Source: Planctomycetota bacterium
Lineage (GTDB): Bacteria; Planctomycetota; PLA2; JAEUHO01
Assembly: GCA_050248855.1 (NCBI GenBank)
Contig: JBFWRP010000011.1
Coordinates: forward strand, 1-64,000
Direction of reading: 5' to 3'
Length of the DNA stretch: 64,000 bases
Part shown: positions 53,721-63,618 of the stretch, in pieces
Numbering within the stretch: the stretch's first letter is position 1
Layout: each line of letters starts with the position of its first letter
Notes under the pieces: generated by a model
What the model was told of the DNA's origin: nothing
The model's input: the letters and a program-made list of their open reading frames with translations, nothing else
The model's database searches: none
Position numbers and translations under genes: made by a program

Positions 53721-55118
53721 CTACACGCCCACGGCGGGTCGGAGGGACCAGGCGCCGGGCACGTCCTCGGTGGCGATGCGGCGGCCGATGAGGCTGTGGG
53801 CGTTGATGTCGGTGACCTCGACGACGGCCATCAGGCCGGCGAGGTCGGCCGTCCCGTCGCAGTGCACGAGGCGGTTGCTACGGTCGCGGCCGGTCACGCG
53901 CGTGGGGTCGGTCTTGGAGAGGCCCTCGACGAGGATCTCGAGCCGGCCGCCTTCGAGCACCGCGTTGCGCTGCTTCGAGGTCTCGTCTTGCACGCGGAGC
54001 AGCTCGACGTTGCGCGCGCGCTTGACGGCCTCGGGGACGTCGTCGGGGAGCTGGCGCGCGGCATGCGTCCGGGGGCGCAGGCTGTACTTGAACACGTAGG
54101 CCTGCAGGAAGCCGATCTCGCGCACCAAGTCGCACGTGGCCTCGAACTCGGCGTCGCTCTCGCCCGAGAAGCCCACGATGAAGTCGCTCGTGATCTCCAC
54201 GCCCGGGACATGGCGCCGCGCCCAGCCGACGACCTCGCGGTACTGGTCCACCGTGTAGGTGCGCTTCATGCGCTTGAGGACATCGTCGCTGCCGGACTGG
54301 GCCGGGATGTGCAGCCAGGGCATGACCTTCGGGATCTCCCCGAAGCGGCGCATCATGTCCTCGCTCATGTCGAACGGGTTGCTCGTGAGGAAGCGCAGCC
54401 GGTCGAGCCCGTCGATCGTGCTGGCCTGGGCCAACAGCTCCGGCAGGAGGGGCTCGCCCAGGTCGCAGCCGTAGGTGTTGATGTTCTGGCCCAGGAACGT
54501 GACCTCGCGCACGCCGTCGTCGACGAGCGCCTGCACCTCGCCGAGCACGTCCTGTACGGTCCTGGACACCTCGCGCCCGCGGGTGAACGGCACGATGCAA
54601 TAGCTGCAGGCGTGGTTGCAGCCGCGGACGATGTTGACGTAGGCGCGGAAGCGATCCGGCCGCACGGTGACGTTGCGGTCCGCGTCGGGCAGGAACTGCG
54701 GGTCGGGCCGCAGCGTGGTGCGCACCACGGTGCCGCCGCCGGCGAACAGGTCGTCCAGGTCCTGCACGGCGTTGCGGAACGTCGTGGTCCCCAGGACCAG
54801 GTCGACGTGGGGGGCGCGGTCCACGATCGCGTCCTTCACGCGCTGGGCCATGCAGCCCATGACGGCCACCTTCAGCCCGGGACGCTCGCGCTTGAGCTGG
54901 CGCGCGCGGCCGAGCAGGCTCCAGACCTTGTCCTCGGCGTGCTCGCGGATGGAGCACGTGTTGACGAGCACGATGTCGGCCTCGTCCATGCGGTCGACGC
55001 GCGCCCAGCCGCGACGGGCCATGTCGCCGAGCACGAGCTCGGCGTCGAGCTCGTTCATCTGGCAGCCATACGTCTGGTACCAGACGCTGCGCGCGGGGGG
55101 GGCGACGGGCGCATCCAT
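53721..55118 (-). CDS. miaB: tRNA-i6A37 methylthiotransferase
   Basis: TYGCQMN, NTCSIRE, GCMAQ, GCNHACSYC, HIPAQSGS, FKYS, C-terminal TRAM domain. Confidence 0.96.
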   Translation of the reverse strand: MDAPVAPPARSVWYQTYGCQMNELDAELVLGDMARRGWARVDRMDEADIVLVNTCSIREHAEDKVWSLLGRARQLKRERPGLKVAVMGCMAQRVKDAIVDRAPHVDLVLGTTTFRNAVQDLDDLFAGGGTVVRTTLRPDPQFLPDADRNVTVRPDRFRAYVNIVRGCNHACSYCIVPFTRGREVSRTVQDVLGEVQALVDDGVREVTFLGQNINTYGCDLGEPLLPELLAQASTIDGLDRLRFLTSNPFDMSEDMMRRFGEIPKVMPWLHIPAQSGSDDVLKRMKRTYTVDQYREVVGWARRHVPGVEITSDFIVGFSGESDAEFEATCDLVREIGFLQAYVFKYSLRPRTHAARQLPDDVPEAVKRARNVELLRVQDETSKQRNAVLEGGRLEILVEGLSKTDPTRVTGRDRSNRLVHCDGTADLAGLMAVVEVTDINAHSLIGRRIATEDVPGAWSLRPAVGV

Positions 55119-55123
55119 GGCGG

Positions 55124-56056
55124 TCAGGCTACCTCGCTCCTGGCGGCGAGGAGCTCGCGCAGGGCGGTCACGTCGTCCACGGCGCGGCGCTCGTCGGCCA
55201 TCAGCGTGCGGCCCTGGCGGAGTGTCGTGGCTGCCTGCTCGGCCTGGGCCAGCGCCTGCCGCGCGGGCACGCCGAACCCGGAGGCATCGAAGCTGCGGGC
55301 GGCCTCCACGTAGCCGCGGATCACGCCGCCGCGCGGGTACATGCGCTCGTAGAGGGCCTCGCGGCCGCGACCCCAGGCGCGGTGGGAGAGCGAGTCGCCG
55401 AAGAGCCACGCGGAACGGATCACGATCCGCTCGTGGCTCCAGGTCGGGAGCAGCTCTTCCAGGCGGCGCATGGCCAGCCCGAAGAAGCGACGCACGCGGC
55501 GCAAGCGCTCGGGGTAGTAGCCGCTGACCTCCTCGAACAGCCGCTGGTAGCGGCGCGGGTCGTGACGGCGGACGAAGCGGCCGACGGAGCGGTGCTCGCG
55601 GCTGAGGATGCTGACCTCGTGGAAGATGTGGCCGCAGTAGGCGTCCATCAGCCCCGCGTCGCCTTCCTCGCCGAACACGGCCAGCGCCATGCGGCGCAGC
55701 GGCTGGAGGCGCGCGTCGCGCAGGTGCTCCAGCCGGGGGAGGTGGAACAGCGCGAACAGGTCACGCGGCGGGAGCTTCAGCTGGTCGCGGGTGACGCCGC
55801 GGCGGCTGGCCGCGGCAATGACGCGCTGGTCGTACAGGGCGTGGATGCCCTGGAACAGGCGGCGCGAGGCCACGAAGGTCTCGACGAAGTCCCAGAGCAG
55901 GGCGCCGCGGTCCAGCGCCGCCCGGGGTCCCCGGCTGGCGACGATCCCGGAAGCCGCCGACATGGGCGCCCCTGCGTCCGACGGCACGGACGCATGCGGC
56001 GGCAGCGACTGCGCTCCGTCGGGCGGAGCACCAGCGCCGGCCGCCGTGTCGGTCAC
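55124..56056 (-). CDS. Hypothetical helical protein coupled to rplQ
   Basis: GTG overlaps the rplQ stop (GTGA); 310 codons with typical usage; GHIFHE motif. Confidence 0.75.
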   Translation of the reverse strand: MTDTAAGAGAPPDGAQSLPPHASVPSDAGAPMSAASGIVASRGPRAALDRGALLWDFVETFVASRRLFQGIHALYDQRVIAAASRRGVTRDQLKLPPRDLFALFHLPRLEHLRDARLQPLRRMALAVFGEEGDAGLMDAYCGHIFHEVSILSREHRSVGRFVRRHDPRRYQRLFEEVSGYYPERLRRVRRFFGLAMRRLEELLPTWSHERIVIRSAWLFGDSLSHRAWGRGREALYERMYPRGGVIRGYVEAARSFDASGFGVPARQALAQAEQAATTLRQGRTLMADERRAVDDVTALRELLAARSEVA

Positions 56057-56478
56057 TCGACCGCCACGGGCTCGCCGGAGGGCGCCTCGGGCCGGTCCAC
56101 GAACTCCCAGATCACACGCGGCGCGTTGTCGCCCAGCTGGTTGCGGGCATCTCGCACGATGCGGGTGTAACCGCCGGGGCGGTCCTTGACCGTGGGGGCG
56201 ATCGTCTCGACGAGGAACTTGAGCAGGGCGCGATCCGGGACGTCCCGGCGCAGCAGCCGCAGCTGGTGGATGTAGGCGGGACGGTCGCTGTCCTTGAGCT
56301 CGTAGGCGCGGCGGGCGCGGGTCACGAGCTTTTCGACGAACGGACGCACGGCCTTGGCCTTGGCTTGGGTCGTGATGATGCGGCTGTGCGTGAAGATGCC
56401 CCGCGCCAAGTTGCGGCGCATGGCCTCGCGGTGCTGCGTATCGGCGGCCAAACGCCGCCCGGCGACGCGGTGACGCAT
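56053..56478 (-). CDS. rplQ: 50S ribosomal protein L17
   Basis: MRHR, IITTQAKAK, RPGGYTRI, GDNA. Confidence 0.97.
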   Translation of the reverse strand: MRHRVAGRRLAADTQHREAMRRNLARGIFTHSRIITTQAKAKAVRPFVEKLVTRARRAYELKDSDRPAYIHQLRLLRRDVPDRALLKFLVETIAPTVKDRPGGYTRIVRDARNQLGDNAPRVIWEFVDRPEAPSGEPVAVE

Positions 56479-56479
56479 G

Positions 56480-57559
56480 TCAGTTACCTCCGCGGATCTC
56501 GTCCACGTCCATGCCGAGACGCAGGCCCATCTCTTCCAGCTTGCGCGTGATCTCGCGCAACGACGTGCGCCCGAAGTTGGGCAGGTTCATGAGCTCGTCG
56601 TGCGAGCGGGAAACCACTTCGCCGATCGTCTGGATGCCCTCGGACTCCAGGCAGTTGCTGGCGCGCACCGACAGGTCCAGCGCCGCGATCGGCAGCTCGA
56701 TCTTGCGCCGGAGATCGGCGTAGTCGTCTTCGCCGCTGGACGCGGCGGCTGCCGCCTGGCCGCCTGCCGAGGGGGCCGGGCTCGGGGTGGTCGGGAGCAC
56801 CGGGATCGTGGGCAGGATCACGTCGGCGCTGCGCTCCCCCATCAGCTCCTTCCCCACGTCGAAGAGCTGGATGAAGGGGTTCAAGTGCTTGCGGTAGATC
56901 TTGCTGGCCTCGACGAGGGCCTGCTCGGGCGTGACGGTGCCGTCCGTCCACAGCTCGAGGATGAGGCGATCGTAGTTGGTCAGCTTGCCGACGCGCGTGC
57001 TCTCGGTGCGGTAGCGCACGCGCTGCACGGGCGAGAAGATGCTGTCGATCGGGATGACGCCGATCTCCTGCTCCTCGCGGGCGTTCTCCTCGGCCGGGAC
57101 GTAGCCGCGGCCCTTGCGGACCTCGATCTCGGCGTCGAAGACCTGCTCCGAGGTGAGCGTGCAGATCAGCAGGTCCTTGTTGACGACCTCGCAGTCCGAG
57201 GTGGTCTGGATGTCCGCGCCGGTGACGGGGCCGGGGCCCTTCTTCTCGATGCGCAGCACCTTGGGGTCGTCGTTGTGGAAGCGCACGCGAAGGCGCTTGA
57301 ACGCCAGGACCATGTCCGTGACGTCTTCCTTGATCCCGTCGATGGACGAGAACTCGTGCTTGACGCCGGCGATCTTGATCGACGTGACGGCGCTGCCCTC
57401 GATGGAGGACAGGAGCACACGACGCAGGCCGTTGCCGACCGTGACGCCGTAGCCGCGCTCGAAGGGCTCGGCGGTGAAGCGGGCGTAGGAATCCGTGCGG
57501 GTGGCCGAGTCGGCGACCACCTTCGTCGGGAGCTCCAGGTTGCGCCAGCGAATCCGCAT
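56480..57559 (-). CDS. rpoA: RNA polymerase alpha subunit
   Basis: EPFERGYGVTVGNGLRRVLLSS, GRGY, DSIFSPV, LSVRASNCL, NFGRTSL. Confidence 0.98.
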   Translation of the reverse strand: MRIRWRNLELPTKVVADSATRTDSYARFTAEPFERGYGVTVGNGLRRVLLSSIEGSAVTSIKIAGVKHEFSSIDGIKEDVTDMVLAFKRLRVRFHNDDPKVLRIEKKGPGPVTGADIQTTSDCEVVNKDLLICTLTSEQVFDAEIEVRKGRGYVPAEENAREEQEIGVIPIDSIFSPVQRVRYRTESTRVGKLTNYDRLILELWTDGTVTPEQALVEASKIYRKHLNPFIQLFDVGKELMGERSADVILPTIPVLPTTPSPAPSAGGQAAAAASSGEDDYADLRRKIELPIAALDLSVRASNCLESEGIQTIGEVVSRSHDELMNLPNFGRTSLREITRKLEEMGLRLGMDVDEIRGGN

Positions 57560-57869
57560 GTTCGTGTCTCCTCGCCCTGTTGGCACGCTGCCTTGCTTGC
57601 CACGCTGCCCTTCTTGACACCGTGTGCGGGCTGCCCCGCGTGTCGATCGCCCGAAGGCGTCGCGTCACCTTTGCGAGTCCCCGGTCAAGCGATCCGCGTC
57701 CGGATCGACTCGAAGCACGTGGAACGCGCTGGCAGGACGCGACCTGCCATCCCCTCGATCTCGGCCCGAGGGCCGCCTCCTCGCCCGGAAGGTCAACGGG
57801 CCCCGTTCGGGGCCCCGAGGCGACGGCAACCGGCGGGCGAGCGCCGGTTGCAGGCCCCGATCCAAGCCG

Positions 57870-58244
57870 TCAGACGCGGCGACGCTTGCGCGGACGGCAG
57901 CCGTTGTGCGGCAACGGCGTGACGTCCTCGATCGCGCGGATCTTGAGGCCTCGCGCCTGGAGGCTGCGCACGGCGGACTCGCGCCCGGCGCCCGGCCCCT
58001 TGAGCTGGACCTCCACTTCGCGCACACCCATCTTCACGGCCTTCTCCGCCGCACGCTCGGCTGCCTTCTGGGCAGCGAAGGGCGTGCTCTTGCGGGAGCC
58101 CTTGAAGCCGATCGTGCCGGCGGAGTCCCAGCAGATCGTCTCGCCGTTCGGCGCCGCGAACGTGACGATCGTGTTGTTGAAGGATGCGTGCACGTGCACG
58201 ACCGCCTTCGGGACGTTCTTGCGAACCTTCTTCTTGCCCGCCAT
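57870..58244 (-). CDS. rpsK: 30S ribosomal protein S11
   Basis: [34 protein letters not shown]. Confidence 0.99.
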   Translation of the reverse strand: MAGKKKVRKNVPKAVVHVHASFNNTIVTFAAPNGETICWDSAGTIGFKGSRKSTPFAAQKAAERAAEKAVKMGVREVEVQLKGPGAGRESAVRSLQARGLKIRAIEDVTPLPHNGCRPRKRRRV

Positions 58245-58435
58245 GCGTGCTCCCGGAGAGGCGACGCCTCGGCCTTGCCGACGGCGCCGCCACGGACTGG
58301 TGGCCTCGAGGACGGCCCCGCGGCGGCGAAAGCCGGGCGCGAGGACGAATCACCGAAGGTAGCCCGGGGAGGCCCCCCTGCAACCTTCGGACCGGGTGAC
58401 ACAACCCCTTTTCAGGAAAGGGGTTGCAGTCAACC

Positions 58436-58819
58436 CTAGCGCATCGCCTTGACGCTCTTCTTGCCGGCCACCGTCTTCTTGCGGCCCTTGCGCGTGCGGG
58501 CGTTCGTCTGGGTCCTCTGACCCCGGACGGGCAGGCCGCGGCGGTGGCGCATGCCGCGGTAGCAGGCGATCTCCTTCAGGCGGGAGATGTTCTGCTGGAC
58601 CTGCCGACGAAGGTTGCCCTCGACGACCATCTCGCTCTCGACGGTGGCCGCGATGCGGGACAGCTCCTCGTCGGTCAGCTCGCGGGCGCGGCGGCGCGGG
58701 TCCAAGCCCAGCTTCTCGCAGAGACGCAGGGCCGTGACCTTGCCGATCCCGTGCACGTACTGCAACGAGACGAAGGTGGGCTTGTCGTCGGGGATGTCGA
58801 CACCGATCAGACGCGGCAT
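58436..58819 (-). CDS. rpsM: 30S ribosomal protein S13
   Basis: MPRLIGVDIP, YRGMRHRRGLPVRGQRTQTNARTRKG. Confidence 0.98.
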   Translation of the reverse strand: MPRLIGVDIPDDKPTFVSLQYVHGIGKVTALRLCEKLGLDPRRRARELTDEELSRIAATVESEMVVEGNLRRQVQQNISRLKEIACYRGMRHRRGLPVRGQRTQTNARTRKGRKKTVAGKKSVKAMR

Positions 58820-58829
58820 GACCTCTCTC

Positions 58830-58943
58830 CTACCCCTGCACCTGCTTGTGGCGCGGGTTCTTGCAGATGACACGGATTCGTCCATGGCGCCGGATGATCC
58901 GGCACTGTTCGCAAATCCGACGGACGCTGGAGCGGACCTTCAT
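58830..58943 (-). CDS. rpmJ: 50S ribosomal protein L36 (Zn-ribbon form; absent from the ORF track)
   Basis: [37 protein letters not shown]. Confidence 0.97.
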   Translation of the reverse strand: MKVRSSVRRICEQCRIIRRHGRIRVICKNPRHKQVQG

Positions 58944-58965
58944 GGTCATGCCTCCTGGATACGGG

Positions 58966-59181
58966 CTAGTCCCGGTAGACGATGCGCGCCTTCGTGAGAT
59001 CGTAGGGGCTCATCTCGACCGTGACCTTGTCCCCCGGAAGGATGCGGATCCAGTGGAGTCGCATCTTTCCGGAGATGTGGGCCAACACCTGGTGCCCGTT
59101 CTCGAGCTCCACGACGAACGTGGCGTTCGGGCGGGCTTCCACCACCTTGGCTTCCAGGCGCAGGTTGTCTTCGCGGGCCAT
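58966..59181 (-). CDS. infA: Translation initiation factor IF-1
   Basis: [33 protein letters not shown]. Confidence 0.98.
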   Translation of the reverse strand: MAREDNLRLEAKVVEARPNATFVVELENGHQVLAHISGKMRLHWIRILPGDKVTVEMSPYDLTKARIVYRD

Positions 59182-59798
59182 CAGGCATCCCGTCCGGGCG
59201 TGCCGGCCGCGCAGGTATCGAGGGCCTCGCGGATACGGGCCTCGACTTCGTCGAGGCTGCCGTCGGCGCGCACCGTGCGCAGGAGGCCCTTGGCTTCGTA
59301 GTGGGCAATGAGGGGGGCGGTCTCCTCGCGGTAGACCTTCAAGCGATTGCGGATGACGTTCTCCTTGTCGTCCTTGCGACCGCGCCCCAGCAGGCGGCGC
59401 ACGATCTCGTCGTCGTCCAGACGCATGTGGACGACGCACTGGATCCCAGGGTTCCGAACGCCCGGCTTCCCCCCCGGGCCCGCCCCGTCCAGGGCCGTCA
59501 GCACCTGGTCAAGGGCCTCGGCCTGGCTGGCGTTGCGCGGGAACCCGTCCAGCAGGAACCCGCCCGGGGCGCCGGGGGCCGTCAGGCGCTCCCGCACGAG
59601 AGCCAAGACCAGCGAGTCCGGAACGAGCTCGCCGCGGTCCATGTAGCCCTGGGCTTCCTTGCCCAGATCCGTCCCGGCAGCGACCGCGGCGCGGAGGAGG
59701 TCCCCCGTGCTCACGTGGGCCCAGCCGCGGGTGGCGCAGATGCGCTCCGCCTGGGTTCCCTTGCCCGCGCCGGGCGGTCCGAGCAGCACGACCCGCAC
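59181..59798 (-). CDS. adk: Adenylate kinase (short-LID type)
   Basis: [29 protein letters not shown]. Confidence 0.97.
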   Translation of the reverse strand: MRVVLLGPPGAGKGTQAERICATRGWAHVSTGDLLRAAVAAGTDLGKEAQGYMDRGELVPDSLVLALVRERLTAPGAPGGFLLDGFPRNASQAEALDQVLTALDGAGPGGKPGVRNPGIQCVVHMRLDDDEIVRRLLGRGRKDDKENVIRNRLKVYREETAPLIAHYEAKGLLRTVRADGSLDEVEARIREALDTCAAGTPGRDA

Positions 59799-59801
59799 GA
59801 T

Positions 59802-61133
59802 CTAGCGCTCCCTCTTCGCAGCGCGGCGCCGAGCGGCCCCGTCGCCGCCCTCGATGAAGCCGCCGTAGTCGCGCATGAGGAGCGCGCTGTTCAGCTTGTC
59901 CACCAGGTCCAGCGCCACGCTCACCACGATCAGGATCGACGTTCCGCCGAGGAAGTATGCGACCTCCACGGGGATGTCCTTCGAGATGAGGCCCGCCACC
60001 TGGTGCGGGACGCTGGCGATGATCGCCAGGAACGCCGCGCCGGCGAGGGTGATGCGGCTCATCACCTTCTCGAGGAACTCGGCCGTCTTCTTGCCGGGGC
60101 GAATGCCGGGGATGAAGGAGCCGTGCTCCTTCATGTTCTTCGACATCTCGGCCGGGTTGAACATCAGGCTGTTCCAGAAGAACGAGAAGAAGAAGATCAG
60201 CGCGATGTCGAGGACCGTGTACGTCCACGTGCCTTGGCTGAAGGCGTCGCGCAGGATCGTCCAGCCGATGGCCGAGCCGATCAGGCTGGGGAACGACAGC
60301 AACGCCGAGGAGAAGATCACGGGCATGACGCCGGCTTGGTTGACCTTGATCGGCAGGAAGTGGCGCTGGCCACCGTAGACCTTCCGACCGCGGGTCAGCT
60401 TGGCGTACTGGACCGGGATCTTGCGCATGCCCTTGGTGATGTAGACCACCGCGACGACCACGGCGATGAACAGGATGAAGAGCACGAACGGCAGGAGCCC
60501 GCCCTCGGTGTTGCCGATCATCTGCACGATCGCGTCCGGGACGCGGGCGATGATGCCGGCCATGATCAAGAGCGAGATGCCGTTGCCGACGCCGTACTCG
60601 GTGATCTGCTCGCCGATCCACATCAGCAGGATCGTGCCGGCGGTCAGCGCCAGCACGGCGAGGATCGCCAGGCCGAAGCCGTCCGGCAACAGGGGCAGCC
60701 GGGCCGGTGTGTCGCTGCTCTTGTAGACGTTGGCGACCAGGATGATCGCCTGCACCAAGGCCAGGGGCACCGTGGCCAAGCGCGTCCACCGGTTGATCTT
60801 GCGCTGCCCCGCGCTGCCTTCCTTGGCCACCGCCTCGAGACTGGGCACGACCTTGGTCAGCAGGCTGAAGATGATGCTGGCGCTGATGTACGGCATGATG
60901 CCGAGGCTGAACAGCGCGCAGCTGAAGATGCCGCCGCCGGAGATGATGCCGAAGAGCTGCGCGAAGTCGCTGCCCTCGCCCCCACCGCCGCCGAGGCTCT
61001 TGAGCACGTCGAGGTCGATACCGGGAATGGGGATGTTCCACCCCACGCGGTAGACGAGCAGGAACCCGAGCGTCACCAGGATGCGACGCCGGATGTCCGG
61101 GATCCGGAAGAGGTTCGCGACGTTCTGGAACAC
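59802..61133 (-). CDS. secY: Preprotein translocase subunit SecY
   Basis: LGIMPYISASII, GVGNGISLLI, AGVMPVIF, FIPGIRPG, GGTSILIVV. Confidence 0.98.
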   Translation of the reverse strand: MFQNVANLFRIPDIRRRILVTLGFLLVYRVGWNIPIPGIDLDVLKSLGGGGGEGSDFAQLFGIISGGGIFSCALFSLGIMPYISASIIFSLLTKVVPSLEAVAKEGSAGQRKINRWTRLATVPLALVQAIILVANVYKSSDTPARLPLLPDGFGLAILAVLALTAGTILLMWIGEQITEYGVGNGISLLIMAGIIARVPDAIVQMIGNTEGGLLPFVLFILFIAVVVAVVYITKGMRKIPVQYAKLTRGRKVYGGQRHFLPIKVNQAGVMPVIFSSALLSFPSLIGSAIGWTILRDAFSQGTWTYTVLDIALIFFFSFFWNSLMFNPAEMSKNMKEHGSFIPGIRPGKKTAEFLEKVMSRITLAGAAFLAIIASVPHQVAGLISKDIPVEVAYFLGGTSILIVVSVALDLVDKLNSALLMRDYGGFIEGGDGAARRRAAKRER

Positions 61134-61147
61134 GTGCGGCTCCCCGC

Positions 61148-61702
61148 CTAGCCCTTGGCGCCCGGGCTACCGGCGCCGGGCTTCTTGTGACCCTTCGCAG
61201 GGCGGCTCGAGCTGCCGTCCTTGCGGATGAACTTGGGCCGGTGAGCCGTCTCCGTGGGCAGCAGGGTGATGGTGCCGCCGGAGGCTTCGACCTTCTGCTT
61301 GGCGCCCTCGGACACCGCGTGCACGTTCACCGTGAGCGCGGCCGAAAGCTCCCCGTGGCCAAGGACCTTGATGAACTCGGCGCGCTTGGGCGCGAGGCCC
61401 ACCTTCTTGAGCGCGGCCATGTCCACGCTGGCCCCCGCCTCGAACGCGCGGCCCAGCTGGCCGACGTTGACGGCGTGGAACTCCACCTGGAAGCGGCCGT
61501 TCTTGAAGCCCTTCTTCGGCAGGCGGCGGTAGAGCGGCATCTGGCCGCCCTCGAAGCGAAGGCGGAACCGGGCGCCCGAGCGCTGGCCCGCGCCCTTGTT
61601 GCCGCGACCGGACGTGACACCCCAGCCGGAGCCGGAGCCGCGGCCGACGCGGTGCTTCTTCTGGCGCGGGATCTTGATGCGGCGAACGTCGTCGAGGTTC
61701 AT
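61148..61702 (-). CDS. rplO: 50S ribosomal protein L15
   Basis: RVGRGSGSG, FEGGQMPLYRRLPK, KVLGHG. Confidence 0.97.
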   Translation of the reverse strand: MNLDDVRRIKIPRQKKHRVGRGSGSGWGVTSGRGNKGAGQRSGARFRLRFEGGQMPLYRRLPKKGFKNGRFQVEFHAVNVGQLGRAFEAGASVDMAALKKVGLAPKRAEFIKVLGHGELSAALTVNVHAVSEGAKQKVEASGGTITLLPTETAHRPKFIRKDGSSSRPAKGHKKPGAGSPGAKG

Positions 61703-62199
61703 CAGAGCTTCACTCCCCGCCGCTCCTCGATCTCACGGCGCGTGCGCATCGAGAGGAGGCCTTCGAACGTGGCCTTGGCCAGGTTCATCGGGTTCTTGCT
61801 GCCCAACGCCTTGGTGAGGACGTCGTGGACGCCCGCGGCCTCGAGCACGGCGCGGACCGCCGCGCCGGCGATGATGCCGGTCCCCGGAGCCGCCGGGATC
61901 AGCTTGACGTAGCTGCTCCGGTAGCGCGCGGTGATGGCGTGCGGGATCGTCGTGCCACGCAGCGGCACGCGGACGAGGTGCTTGCGCGCGTCGGTCTGGG
62001 CCTTCTCGACGCTCGGCGGAACCTCGCGGGCCTTGCCGAAGCCGAGGCCCACCGTGCCCCGCCCGTCACCCAGCACGACGAGGGCGCTGAAGCCGAAGCG
62101 GCGGCCGCCCTTCATCACCTTGGCGGAGCGGTTGATCTTCACGACGGTGTCGTGCAGGTCGAGGCCCTCGGCGTCTTGGTAGTCGATCTCACGGCGCAT
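61702..62199 (-). CDS. rpsE: 30S ribosomal protein S5
   Basis: KGGRRFGFSALVV, GKAREVP, GTGIIAG. Confidence 0.98.
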   Translation of the reverse strand: MRREIDYQDAEGLDLHDTVVKINRSAKVMKGGRRFGFSALVVLGDGRGTVGLGFGKAREVPPSVEKAQTDARKHLVRVPLRGTTIPHAITARYRSSYVKLIPAAPGTGIIAGAAVRAVLEAAGVHDVLTKALGSKNPMNLAKATFEGLLSMRTRREIEERRGVKL

Positions 62200-62280
62200 G
62201 CCGGCTCTCCTGGGACGCCCGCCGGAGACCTGCTCCGAGCGGACACCTCGAACTTCGTGTCGTGCCTGGACGTGATGTCC

Positions 62281-62637
62281 CTAGAACTGGATCCCCACCT
62301 TGCGAACGGCGTCCGCGAGGGCCTTGACGCGACCGTGGTAGCGGAACGCACCGCGGTCGAACCCGACCGCCGTGATCCCCGCCTCCTTGGCCTTCTCGCC
62401 GAGAGCCGCCCCCACCGAAGTGGCGGCCGCCACGTTGCCACCGCGCTCGATCTTGAGCGCCAGCGACGAGGCGCTGACCAGCGTGCGACCCGAAAGGTCG
62501 TCCACGATCTGCGCGTAGATGTGCTTGCTCGTGCGGTGCACGCTGAGGCGGGGACGCTCGGCATCCCCGCGCACCTTCCGACGGACGCGGAAGGCGCGGT
62601 TCTCGCGCTTGCGCGCCATGCGCTTGAGACGGTCCAT
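62281..62637 (-). CDS. rplR: 50S ribosomal protein L18
   Basis: [26 protein letters not shown]. Confidence 0.98.
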   Translation of the reverse strand: MDRLKRMARKRENRAFRVRRKVRGDAERPRLSVHRTSKHIYAQIVDDLSGRTLVSASSLALKIERGGNVAAATSVGAALGEKAKEAGITAVGFDRGAFRYHGRVKALADAVRKVGIQF

Positions 62638-62640
62638 CGC

Positions 62641-63189
62641 TTACTTCTCCCCGCCGACGAAGGACTTGCCGGCCTTCAGGGTGATCTGCTCGCCGTAGTA
62701 GCGGATGCCCTTGCCCTTGTAGGGCTCGGGCGGGCGCACGCGACGCACGCGGGCGGCAAACTCCCCGACCATCTGCTTGTCGCAGCCGCTGACCATGATC
62801 TGGGTGGCGCTGGGGCACTCGACCTTGAGGCCCGCGGGAATCGGGACGTACACCGGGTGGCTGAAGCCGACCTGCAGCTTGAGGCGCTTGGGGTCGACCG
62901 ACGCCTGGTACGAGACGCCCACCACCTCGAGACGGGCCGAGAAGCCCGTGCTGACGCCCGTCACCATGCCCTGGGCCAGCGCCCGGTAGAGCCCGTGGAG
63001 GGACTTGGAGCGGGCCTCGTCGTCCGGACGCGAGAAGGCCAGCTGGCCGCCGTCCACCTTCGCGGTGATGCCACCGGAAAGCTGGCGGGTGAGCTCGCCC
63101 TTGGGGCCCTTCACGGACACCTTGCGTCCGTCGACCTTGACGTCCACGCCCGAGGGAATCGTGATCGGAATGCTGCCGACGCGGGACAT
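62641..63189 (-). CDS. rplF: 50S ribosomal protein L6
   Basis: MSRVG, VKGPKG, GFSHP, RPPEPYKGKGIRY. Confidence 0.98.
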   Translation of the reverse strand: MSRVGSIPITIPSGVDVKVDGRKVSVKGPKGELTRQLSGGITAKVDGGQLAFSRPDDEARSKSLHGLYRALAQGMVTGVSTGFSARLEVVGVSYQASVDPKRLKLQVGFSHPVYVPIPAGLKVECPSATQIMVSGCDKQMVGEFAARVRRVRPPEPYKGKGIRYYGEQITLKAGKSFVGGEK

Positions 63190-63214
63190 GACCTGGTTCT
63201 CCTCGTTCCGTCCG

Positions 63215-63616
63215 CTACCAGATCTCGCAGAGGATCTCGCCGCCGACTCCGGCGCCACGAGCCTCGCGATCCGACAGCACGCCACGAGACGTGCTCACGA
63301 CGCTGATGCCCAGGCCGTTCAAGACCCGGGGGATGTCCTGGACGCCGCGATACACGCGCCGACCGGGGCGCGAGACGCGCCCGATCCGGGTGATCACGGA
63401 GGCCCCATCCCGGTCGTACTTGAGCGCCAAGCGCAAGGCCTTGTGGCCTCGGCTGTCCAGCACCTCGGTGACGCCCGAGAGGAAGCCCTCGCGCTCCAGC
63501 ACGTCGGCCACCGAGCGGTTCAGCTTGGACGCGATCACGTCCACGCTCCCGCGGTTGACCACGAGCCCATTGCGGATGCGCGTGAGCATGTCGGCCACGG
63601 TGTCGTTCATCGCCAT
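63215..63616 (-). CDS. rpsH: 30S ribosomal protein S8
   Basis: ADMLTRIRN, SRPGRRVY, GLGISVVSTSRG, GGE. Confidence 0.98.
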   Translation of the reverse strand: MAMNDTVADMLTRIRNGLVVNRGSVDVIASKLNRSVADVLEREGFLSGVTEVLDSRGHKALRLALKYDRDGASVITRIGRVSRPGRRVYRGVQDIPRVLNGLGISVVSTSRGVLSDREARGAGVGGEILCEIW

Positions 63617-63618
63617 GA

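Noticed and set aside
57665..57869. rpsD pseudogene between rpsK and rpoA
   Set aside because: No S4-like motif (e.g. LERRLDN) seen in any frame.
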